From Candidatus Latescibacterota bacterium (GTDB lineage: Bacteria > Latescibacterota > UBA2968 > UBA8231), in NCBI GenBank assembly GCA_965206595.1, contig OZ242214.1, positions 1,312,001-1,376,000 of the forward strand: a DNA stretch of 64,000 nucleotides, written 5' to 3'. A program made the translations under genes and the position numbers. The notes beneath the pieces are model-generated. The model was not told the DNA's origin, did not search any database, and saw only the letters and a program-made list of their open reading frames with translations. This document shows positions 1 to 8,223 of this stretch, one piece after another. The first letter of the stretch is position 1, and each line of letters starts with the position of its first letter.

Positions 1-957
1 CAGATGGGCAGCCCGCTCGGACAGCACCTGTCGACCCACCTCGTCTCGTCGGAGGGAATCCTGGGGCACCTCCTCGACAGGCCGAAGGTCTTCTACAACC
101 TGCTGGTGGCCGCGACCCCGGCGCCGATCGTCTCGATCTTCCTCTCCGCCCCGTTCCTCTACGCCTGGCTGCGCCGCCCGGGGTTCGGCGCCTCCGGCTA
201 TCGCACCGCCCTTCCCCTGTACGGCGCCGCGGCGACGGCCAGCGCCCTGCTCGCCTTCGCAGGCTACTTCCTCTTCGACAGCCCCCTGGCCTATCTCCTG
301 GCCTCGTCGAACAGCCTGTTCGCGGCCGCGCCTCTGGCGATCCTCGCCTTCCCGCGCTGCGGCGAAGAGGGACGGGTGCGCCGATGGCTGGCGCACCTGG
401 CGATCGCCTACGCGGCGCTCTACGCCGTCGCCGCCCCCGACCTCGGCTCCTCCGGCCTGCACTGGGGCAATCGCTTCCTGCTCCTCCTCTACCCGGTCTG
501 GTCGCTGCTGGCCGCGGTCAACCTCGAGCAGTGGCTGCGGCTGGAAGGCGGCGGCTGGAGATCCTGGAGGTCCTGGAGCCTCGCCGCGGTGGTCGCCGTC
601 AGCGTCGGGGCGCAGCTGTTCTCCGTCGAGCTGCTGCGCCGCAAGAAGGAGTTCTCCCACCGGCTCAACGACTTCGTCGCGGCGAGCCCGGAGCAGGTGG
701 TGCTGACGAGCGAGCGCTGGGCAGGGCACGAGCTCCATCGCGTCTTCTACGACAAGCCGGTCTTCTACGTCGAGTATTCCCATGCCATGGACGCCCTGCG
801 GCAGAAGCTGAAGCAGGCCGGGTACGACAGCTTCCTGTTCCTGACGCGCCGGCAGGGAGTAGTCTGGCCGGCGCCCCCGGTCGCAATCGGGGACGGCGGT
901 TTGAACTGGTACGGGATGAGGGCATTTTCAGGCAGCACGTCGGCGCGGCCGCGATAA
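1..957 (+). CDS. Polytopic membrane protein, possibly GT-C/ArnT-like; probably starts upstream of the window
   Basis: Open frame from position 1, several hydrophobic helices, 'LHWGNRFLLLLYP' loop, soluble C-terminal tail; GC3-rich codons. Confidence 0.6.
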   Translation, partial: QMGSPLGQHLSTHLVSSEGILGHLLDRPKVFYNLLVAATPAPIVSIFLSAPFLYAWLRRPGFGASGYRTALPLYGAAATASALLAFAGYFLFDSPLAYLLASSNSLFAAAPLAILAFPRCGEEGRVRRWLAHLAIAYAALYAVAAPDLGSSGLHWGNRFLLLLYPVWSLLAAVNLEQWLRLEGGGWRSWRSWSLAAVVAVSVGAQLFSVELLRRKKEFSHRLNDFVAASPEQVVLTSERWAGHELHRVFYDKPVFYVEYSHAMDALRQKLKQAGYDSFLFLTRRQGVVWPAPPVAIGDGGLNWYGMRAFSGSTSARPR

Positions 958-1012
958 CCGGAACCGAACCGGCGGCTGCCCACCCCATAGAATGAAACCG
1001 GGAGGAGATCAC

Positions 1013-2107
1013 GTGACCGAACGCAGATTCATCCGCACCAGCGACCGCGATCTCGTCAGGGTCGGCGTCCTCACCGGAAACGGCGGCCACACCCTGAACA
1101 TCTGGGGCGAGAAGATGAACCCCACCGGCGATTTCATCCGCACCACCGGGATGATCCTGACCCACGTCTGGAGCGTGCGCCCGCAGTTCGCCGCGCAGGT
1201 GGCCGGCAAGTTCCGGGAGACCGTCGCCGTCGAGGATCCGCGCGACATGATCGGCCAGGTCGACGGCGTCATCGTCGACGACATCACCGCCATCTCCCTC
1301 TACCCGGTGCTGGCGCGGCCGTTTCTCGAAGCCGGGATACCGACCTTCGTCAACCGCCCCTTCGCCACCTCCCTGGCCAAGGGCCGCGAGATGATCGCCT
1401 GCGCCGAAAAGCACGGCGCCGCCCTGTACACGATGTCGTCCTGGGAGGCATCGGAGAGCATCGGCGACCTGCGGCTCAAGCTGGCCAACATGGGGGCGAT
1501 CAAGGGGTACGTCGCCCACAATTCCGCCAGCGACTACTACTCCCACGGCCTGCACGGGGTCTGGTACATACACGCCGCCTTCAGGGAGGAGATCGCAAAG
1601 GGCCGGGTGCGGCTGGCCGCGGCGGCGTATCACACGCAGGACTGGCGCACCCCGGGGGGCGTGATCGTCTTCGAGCACGAGGGCCCCGGAGGCCCCTTCC
1701 ACGGGGCCCTGCACCAGGTCTCGGGAGCGGACGGGGCCGGGTACATGCGCGTCCTGGGGCCCCCGGAGTTCGGCGACGCCGAGGGCCGCGTCCCGGCGAG
1801 CGCCCAGCATTTCATGTACAACACCTGGAACTCCGCGCAGCTCGTCCTCCAGGAGATGTTCGAGACCGGGACAGCGCCGGAAACCGGGGAGGCGTTGATG
1901 GAGAAGCTGCGCATGTTCCTGCTCCCCTTCTACTCCGTCCTCGAGAAGGGGGGGGAAATGGCCCGGCTGGAGGAGATCGAGAACTGGGAGCTGCCGCGGC
2001 CGTCGGAGCCGCTGATGAGGGACGGCCACCCGACCGACAGCGCCTTCCAGGTCCTCTACAGCGACGACGAGATCGAGGCGGTCGCCCGCCGGCTCGGAGG
2101 GGCTTGA
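1013..2107 (+). CDS. Gfo/Idh/MocA-like oxidoreductase
   Basis: GGAGGAG RBS before GTG 1013; 'DMIGQVDGVIV', 'ARPFLEAGIPTFVNRPFA' (EKP-like motif), 'YYSHGLH'. Confidence 0.75.
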   Translation: MTERRFIRTSDRDLVRVGVLTGNGGHTLNIWGEKMNPTGDFIRTTGMILTHVWSVRPQFAAQVAGKFRETVAVEDPRDMIGQVDGVIVDDITAISLYPVLARPFLEAGIPTFVNRPFATSLAKGREMIACAEKHGAALYTMSSWEASESIGDLRLKLANMGAIKGYVAHNSASDYYSHGLHGVWYIHAAFREEIAKGRVRLAAAAYHTQDWRTPGGVIVFEHEGPGGPFHGALHQVSGADGAGYMRVLGPPEFGDAEGRVPASAQHFMYNTWNSAQLVLQEMFETGTAPETGEALMEKLRMFLLPFYSVLEKGGEMARLEEIENWELPRPSEPLMRDGHPTDSAFQVLYSDDEIEAVARRLGGA

Positions 2108-2503
2108 GGAATCGGCCCGGTGCGGATCCCGTGCCCCCGAAATATCCGGTTGGGCGCGGTCGCCCGGTGGCGCAGCTAGGGGAGAACATGGTTGGCGGCG
2201 GTCTTTCGAGATGGGACGAGGCCGCGGAGTCGGTGCGGGTCGAGAAGCTCGAGCTCCCGGGTGCGTTATTCGCGGGAGGGGTGAGGTCGAGGCTGTCGAA
2301 CCGCTGGGGCTGGGAAACCGGTGTTGGAGCCGGCTCGCAACTACAGGTTGCATGGGATGCAATTGCCGCTGGAAGAGGGGCCGGTAACATGCCTTCCTCG
2401 AGGCCCGGCTCGGCAAGCCGTCTGCGGTACTGGAGTTCCCCTCCCATCTGGTTTCCAAGAGCGCTGGCCGCATGAACACTCCACCTGGCCGTCGCGTCAA
2501 ATA

Positions 2504-2563
2504 TTGACGATTGACCTGGGAAGATTATTATGCGTCTTGAACATAATGTTCGAGACACATAAT
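2504..2563 (+). promoter_or_regulatory. Sigma70-like promoter overlapped by a 37-bp palindromic operator
   Basis: TTGACG 2504-2509, TATTAT 2526-2531; ATTATGCGTCTTGAACAT-A-ATGTTCGAGACACATAAT (2527-2563, arms match 16/18) just before ATG 2575. Confidence 0.65.
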
Positions 2564-2574
2564 ATGCCCGTACC

Positions 2575-3951
2575 ATGCGCCTCGAGTTTCTGAACAGAAC
2601 GCGGGAAGTCGACCGACTGACCAGGGCCCTCGTCGCCGAAGAGCCCGGCTTCATTGTGGTCTTCGGCAGGCGTCGATGCGGCAAGTCGACTCTTTTACAG
2701 CAGGTAATGCGCCCGGGCGATATCTACTACGCCGCGGACCTGCGCGAAGCTTCTCTGCAACTCCCTGCTCTTGCCGGGGAAGTGGCCCGGTCCATTCCGG
2801 GCTTCGCCGAGGTCGATTACCCGTCCTGGCCGGCCCTGCTCCGGACCCTGGACGCCCGCGCCGACCGCGGCACCTGCCTGGTCCTGGACGAGTTCTCCTA
2901 CCTGGTTCAGATCTCCCCCGAACTGCCAAGCCTGCTGCAGAAGTTCATCGACGACCGCGGCCGCCGTATCCACCTGACCATCTGCGGTTCCTCCCAGGGG
3001 ATGATGCAGGGCCTGATCCTCGATGCGGCGGCCCCCCTGTACGGCCGGGCGAGCCAGGTGCTGGCCATCGGTCCCCTTGCCCCCTTCTGGATTCAGCAAG
3101 CCCTCGAGGTTCGCGGTATCGAGGCGGTGGAACAGTATGCGGTCTGGGGGGGAGTGCCGCGCTACTGGGAGCTGGCCCGGGGATGCACCGGCCTGCAGGA
3201 GGCCATCGAGGAGCTGGTGCTCGACAGGTACGGCGTCCTTCACGGCGAACCGGAGCGCCTGCTGCTCGACGACATGCGCAGCGCCGTGCAGGCAAACTCC
3301 CTGCTGTCGCTTATCGCCAACGGCAGCCACCGGCTCTCCGAAATCGCGGGACGCCTGGGAAAGCCCGCAGGACACCTGGCCCGCCCCCTCGCCCAGCTGA
3401 TCGAGCTGGGGTATATCCGGCGGGAAGTCCCCTTCGGCGAGACCACCAAGTCGACCAAGCGCTCCCTGTACAAGCTGAACGACCCGTTTCTGATCTTCTG
3501 GTACAGGTACGTTCAGCCCAACCGGTCGCTGTTGGAACGCGACATGATCGACGATGTGTCCCGCGCCATCGGGCAAACCTTCGCGCACCACGTCGCCGAT
3601 ATATGGGAGGATCTTGCCCGCCTGTCCACGGCCTCTCTGCCGGTCGGGGGCATCCGCTGGGAACCCGCCCAACGGTGGTGGGGACGCGGCCTGGACGGGC
3701 AGCAGATGGAGATCGACCTGGTCGCGGAGGATCTGGAGGGTGAGGCCTTGTTGCTGGGCGAGGCCAAATGGCGGGAGGGGCCGGACCAGGGCGCGATTTT
3801 CGAACGTTTGCGCAACTGCGCTGAGAACTTTCCCCGGGCAAGGGGAAGGAAGGTGATTCTTGGGGCCTGGTTAAAGCAGGGTGGCGGAGCGAAAGCCCGG
3901 CCAGGGGAATTTGTCGTCGATCCTGGGGCAACGCTGGCGGTGCTGCGCTGA
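2575..3951 (+). CDS. AAA ATPase (archaeal-type ATPase) with wHTH and C-terminal DUF234 / PD-(D/E)XK-like domain
   Basis: 'FLNRTRE', Walker A GRRRCGKS, Walker B LVLDEF, 'GGVPRY', 'DPFLIFWYRYV', 'EIDLVA...GEAKW'. Confidence 0.9.
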   Translation: MRLEFLNRTREVDRLTRALVAEEPGFIVVFGRRRCGKSTLLQQVMRPGDIYYAADLREASLQLPALAGEVARSIPGFAEVDYPSWPALLRTLDARADRGTCLVLDEFSYLVQISPELPSLLQKFIDDRGRRIHLTICGSSQGMMQGLILDAAAPLYGRASQVLAIGPLAPFWIQQALEVRGIEAVEQYAVWGGVPRYWELARGCTGLQEAIEELVLDRYGVLHGEPERLLLDDMRSAVQANSLLSLIANGSHRLSEIAGRLGKPAGHLARPLAQLIELGYIRREVPFGETTKSTKRSLYKLNDPFLIFWYRYVQPNRSLLERDMIDDVSRAIGQTFAHHVADIWEDLARLSTASLPVGGIRWEPAQRWWGRGLDGQQMEIDLVAEDLEGEALLLGEAKWREGPDQGAIFERLRNCAENFPRARGRKVILGAWLKQGGGAKARPGEFVVDPGATLAVLR

Positions 3952-4101
3952 GATGGAGATCACAAGGATGCGGATCGGCTGACGGACGGCTCGATATGCA
4001 GGTATGGGGCCCGTGACTATGTCCTGACCAAGGCAGCCATCTGTCGCCGGAATCGGATACGAAATGAGATTACGAGATGGAAGGTCAGGCGCTGCAGGAC
4101 G

Positions 4102-5499
4102 TCAGGTCTTGCTGTTTCCTGTCTCGATCTCGTTGATAATCGGTATAGCCTTCTCAGCAATTTCAATAAACGTGTTTACAAAGTAGCTCGTGATTTCCCC
4201 GCCGTTATCCTGGCATTCCTTATGCAATTCCGGGACCAGTGAGTACCAATTCTCCCGGTCCTTTTCAACATAGTCCCCCCATGGCGACATAGGAGTTATT
4301 CTGGCAGAGCCAAGCTCGTCCTTTAGTTTCCTTTCAAGAAGCTGTCGTCGTTCCTTATCCACCTTCACCATTTTCCCTACCGGCATTGGACTAAATACGC
4401 CAATGTACCAGCCATTTGGCCCCTTACGCTGATTGCTCAGCGAAATATGGGTGTTCAGAATGGATCCTCCTCCTTTATACTGGACCCAACAGGTTCGGTA
4501 CATTCCGATGAAATTTGCAAAACTGGTGTCATCCTTATAGTTCTGATCGACCGGTAGGTCACCGACAAAATCCTTGAGTATTTCACTCTCTCTTTTCGCC
4601 TGCTTGGTCGCGGAATATAGTTGCTTAAAAAATTCCCAGCACACTTTTTTCCTGATGGCAGGCCAAGACTCGTAAACTTTTACAGCGGTTCTCATATTGT
4701 CCTGATCTGACATCACGAAGTCCCGGATCGCGTCGGCTTCGATATCGGTAGTCATGGTTTGGCCTCCAAATTTCCTTTGGCAGAATGTCTCCGCATCGCG
4801 AAGAAACCAGCGCAACCGTTCCACATCGCAGTTCTTACGGCTTTCTCCGAGCCAGTCGGCGAGCGAATGAGAAAGGCGAAAGTCATTGAGTTCGTCCTCT
4901 ACCTCCTCATGACTTCTGTTTCTGTAGTACGGCATGATGGCAAAGCGGCCTTTCCACTTCTCGTTCAGCTCATCCTTGTGGATGCTCCACTCTGAGGGTT
5001 CTTCACCTGTGGGTGAGAGGTAAATCAAAAGAAACCGTTCCTCGTATTCTTCCTCAAGGTATTCGAGGTAGTCCTTGACCTGGTTTTCCTGATCGTGGGC
5101 ATAGGGTTTGTTCTCGATAGCCAGACAGTACTTTCCATCGGGGCCATGGATTTCAACGACCACGTCAATTTGCCTCCCCTCCTCAGTCCTCTGCTCGCGG
5201 ACAACGGAAGTTCTCCTGTCAAGATCTGGCCAGTTTTTTAGAGGCTCGTGAAAGCTCTTGAAATTCGCCAGGAACGTCCGGAGAAACAGCGCTCCCTGAC
5301 CATGGCTCGCTTCAGGGTTGAACAGATCCGCAATAATCCGGGAAAGTCCCAATTCATTGGTCTTCAAGTAGTCGAGCACGTTGAATCTGCGCGCCAGGTT
5401 TCGGTCGAGCTCGTGTTCTAAAACCCTCGCAGTCTTCAGTCGAGGGGCCAACTCGTCAAAGAAGCGTTTTATCTCCATGAGGTTGTATTTTCCTTGCAT
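4102..5499 (-). CDS. PD-(D/E)XK nuclease family protein (PDDEXK_4-like)
   Basis: 'ELGLSRIIADLFNP..SHGQG..FL', 'IDVVVE...IENKPYAHDQENQVKDY', 'IYLSPTG'; clearly lower GC than flanks; start uncertain (5478/5499/5544). Confidence 0.8.
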   Translation of the reverse strand: MQGKYNLMEIKRFFDELAPRLKTARVLEHELDRNLARRFNVLDYLKTNELGLSRIIADLFNPEASHGQGALFLRTFLANFKSFHEPLKNWPDLDRRTSVVREQRTEEGRQIDVVVEIHGPDGKYCLAIENKPYAHDQENQVKDYLEYLEEEYEERFLLIYLSPTGEEPSEWSIHKDELNEKWKGRFAIMPYYRNRSHEEVEDELNDFRLSHSLADWLGESRKNCDVERLRWFLRDAETFCQRKFGGQTMTTDIEADAIRDFVMSDQDNMRTAVKVYESWPAIRKKVCWEFFKQLYSATKQAKRESEILKDFVGDLPVDQNYKDDTSFANFIGMYRTCWVQYKGGGSILNTHISLSNQRKGPNGWYIGVFSPMPVGKMVKVDKERRQLLERKLKDELGSARITPMSPWGDYVEKDRENWYSLVPELHKECQDNGGEITSYFVNTFIEIAEKAIPIINEIETGNSKT

Positions 5500-5530
5500 T
5501 CGGGAATTGGTTCCAGCCGATCGGATTCGT

Positions 5531-5881
5531 TCAATCGGATGCAAGGTGGAGAGGCAATGCAGCCCGCAACGCCTCGGTTACCCTGCGCTGGTCCTTCTCC
5601 TCCAGGCGCGCCAAGGTACCGAGGATGAGTCCTTTGTCAACCGCGAACAGCTTCATCCGCGCGGGGCAGGGTTTTCGCAAGCCGGCCTCCCTCCACTGCT
5701 CGAGGGACGTGTCGAGGTGCCAGGCGCTGCGGCTGGCGCTGGTGATCATCATGAGCAGGGTAGAGGCGTTTTTCCGGTTGAACGTCCGGTCGGACAGGAC
5801 CAGTGCCTTTCGGCGTTTGGAGCGGGGCAGGTCGCTGAACGGGAAAGGCATCTCGACGAGGTCGAAAGGGCTACAGGTCAT
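5531..5881 (-). CDS. mazF: PemK/MazF family toxin
   Basis: 'FDLVEMPFPFSDLPRSKRRKALVLS', 'MITS', 'AGLRKPC'; overlaps upstream antitoxin. Confidence 0.88.
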   Translation of the reverse strand: MTCSPFDLVEMPFPFSDLPRSKRRKALVLSDRTFNRKNASTLLMMITSASRSAWHLDTSLEQWREAGLRKPCPARMKLFAVDKGLILGTLARLEEKDQRRVTEALRAALPLHLASD

Positions 5882-6092
5882 CGTCTTCCCCGTCCTGCCA
5901 CTCCGTCAGGGTCGGCTCCAGGGCCCTGGCCCACTCCAGGTCGATTTTGGAAGCCTTGTGGATGCTGACCCTGTCCCCCTCCACTTCATAGGCAAGGGCG
6001 TCTCCCGGATGCAGGTCCAGGGAACGCCGAATGGCAACGGGAACCGTGGTCTGTCCCTTGGATGAGATTGTGCTGAATATGACCGGTTCCAT
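5871..6092 (-). CDS. AbrB/MazE/SpoVT family antitoxin
   Basis: 'STISSKGQTTVPVAIRRSLDLHPGD' AbrB fold; acidic tail 'LTEWQDGEDDDL'. Confidence 0.9.
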   Translation of the reverse strand: MEPVIFSTISSKGQTTVPVAIRRSLDLHPGDALAYEVEGDRVSIHKASKIDLEWARALEPTLTEWQDGEDDDL

Positions 6093-6219
6093 AAGTGGAA
6101 TTGACCTTAGAGGCAGGGAGAGTGGGTCCTCTTTGTGTGCTTTGCTCGTAAGGTGCCCTTGGTAGGAACCGCAAGTCCGCGGTTGGATGGCAATGCGAGG
6201 GGATTCCTTCCGGCCCGGG

Positions 6220-7062
6220 TCACCCGGCCGGCACCTCGACCGTCATCGGCACCTCCTCGACCGGCAGGCCGTTCTCCCGCGCCCACTCCTTCACCGTTTC
6301 CGGCAGGGCCTCACCGGGGACGCCCCCCAACAGCTGCTTCTCCACCGGGCCAGCATCCTCGGCGAGCTCGGCGTCCGGCAGCCGCAGGCTCGGATCGACG
6401 CGCATCCAGCGGTAGGCGTACCCGTAGATGACGACTTTGGAGACGCAGTCGCCGGTGTTGGGGGCGACGCTGGTGGAAGGTGCGGTTCTCGAACAGGACC
6501 GCGTCCCCCGCCCTCGGGGTGAGCTCGACCATGGCCGGCGGATCGACCTCCCCCTCCGGAATGCCGAGCGGCTCGCGGAGCCGGTGGCTGCCGCGTGCGA
6601 ACATGGTGATGCCGCAGCGCGGCCCGGGGAAATCGGTGAGGCAGTAGCAGACCTTGACGCCGGCGCGCACCTGTCCGTCGTGGCCGAGATCCGGGGTCAG
6701 TCCGATGTCGCGGTGCCAGGTGCGCAGCCCGCGGTCCTCGCTTTCGGGACCTTGTAGATGACGGCCGCGGTGTGCAGGTGGATGTTCGGGCTGAGGAGCT
6801 GGACGACGTACGGGACCGCCGGGGAGTGGGCGAGCAGCGGGCGCAGCCCGGGCTCCTGGACGACGCTGTCCCTGAGCTGCAGGTAGGCGCTGTCGGCGTC
6901 CGGCTTCTGGCGAAACCGCCCAGCCCGGAAATCGGCCATCAGTCGGTCTCCCGCTTCGGTACAGCGCGTGCGCTCGCTTTCGCTCAGCACCCCCGGGGCA
7001 TGGAGGTACCCGTCCCGCTCGAAGGAGCGGCGCCGGTCGCTGGAAAGGAAGGCCATATCCAT
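6220..7062 (-). pseudogene. Phytanoyl-CoA dioxygenase (PhyH) family, two frameshifts
   Basis: 'FERDGYL', 'WHRD', 'GSHR', 'AGDAVLFENRTFH' spread over three frames (shifts near 6745 and 6473). Confidence 0.8.
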
Positions 7063-7173
7063 CGGTGACAATTCCTCGTCGAGGTTGCCCGGACCCTGCC
7101 GGGGTGGCAAGATTCAGAACAGAAACCGAAAGCTCCAGGTAGGGGTAATTCCCAAAAAGGAAAGGAACAGTAA

Positions 7174-7962
7174 ATGATCGATACCCTGCTCATCGGGGGT
7201 AAGGGCCAGATCGGGTCGGGGCTGCGAATTTGGCTGCCGCGGCTCGACCCGGACTATGAAACCACCTCCGTCGACCTGCCGGGTGCGCCGGACAAGGCGC
7301 TGGAAGCGTCGGCGCAGAGCAACTTCGTCGAAATGGACGTCTGCGCCGATCCAGATGGTCTGCGCCGCCTGCTGGAGGGGCGCGATCTCGTCGTCTACCT
7401 CGCCCGCACCAGTCCGCTGCAGGCGATGAACTCCATGACGGATCTGGTCTTCGAGTCCGTGCGCGACGTCTGTCCGCAGGCCCTGCTCATCGGCTCGAGC
7501 TCGGTGCATGCGGTGGACGGGGCGTACTGGCCGTTCGACAGGGAGCCGTACGCGACGCTCGCGGCGCGCCGCTTCGATGAGCTCGAGTCGCCGCCCGAGC
7601 CGATCCCGGCGCGGATGGAAGCCTGCCCCGCCAGCGATTACGGGGAGGAGAAGGCGTACGTCGAGCGCTGGGCCGAGCGCTTCGCCGCCGAAGGGCTGGC
7701 CGCGGTCGCCACCAGGTGGGGTGGCGTCAACGTCCACAACCGGAATGTCGGGGAGATCGGGTACTTCACGGTCTGGTGCCACCAGGAGGATGCTGCGCGC
7801 ATGGTCGACAGCTGCTGCAAGGCCCACCGGGACGGCAGGCTGCGCAGCGGCGCCCACTACTTCGTCATTTCAGACAACAGGCACAACATCTTCGACATCG
7901 AGACCCCCCGGCGCGAGGTCGGGTACGCACCGGTTCACGACTCCGAGGTCTTCTTCGGGTAG
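7174..7962 (+). CDS. NAD-dependent epimerase/dehydratase (uronate-dehydrogenase-like SDR)
   Basis: GGKGQIG Rossmann motif, 'GSSSVHA', YxxxK (YGEEK), C-terminal 'ISDN...GYAPVHDSE'; AAGGAA RBS. Confidence 0.85.
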   Translation: MIDTLLIGGKGQIGSGLRIWLPRLDPDYETTSVDLPGAPDKALEASAQSNFVEMDVCADPDGLRRLLEGRDLVVYLARTSPLQAMNSMTDLVFESVRDVCPQALLIGSSSVHAVDGAYWPFDREPYATLAARRFDELESPPEPIPARMEACPASDYGEEKAYVERWAERFAAEGLAAVATRWGGVNVHNRNVGEIGYFTVWCHQEDAARMVDSCCKAHRDGRLRSGAHYFVISDNRHNIFDIETPRREVGYAPVHDSEVFFG

Positions 7963-8223
7963 CGGCGGTCACCAAAGGGCGGTAGAGGGCGGCAGGTCCC
8001 GGATCTCGCCAACGCCCTGTATCAGCCGGTCCGACTGTGGTAACGAAAGTCGTCGAAACAGGGGTCCGGTCCCGGATTTTCCGCAAGGCGCCTGAATCCG
8101 AGGGATGACCTGGTTCCCGGGGGGGTCACGGAAAAATTGCCAGGTCCCGGATCTCGAGCGCATCCCCTCCGAACCGTAACCCTCAAAGCCGGCAGAGTGC
8201 CCGCGCCTTCCCCCGGTTCCGGC

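Noticed and set aside
2158-2235. tRNA-like start (CCCGGTGGCGCAGCTAGG)
   Set aside because: No TTC-containing T-arm at the right distance, no acceptor stem pairing or CCA
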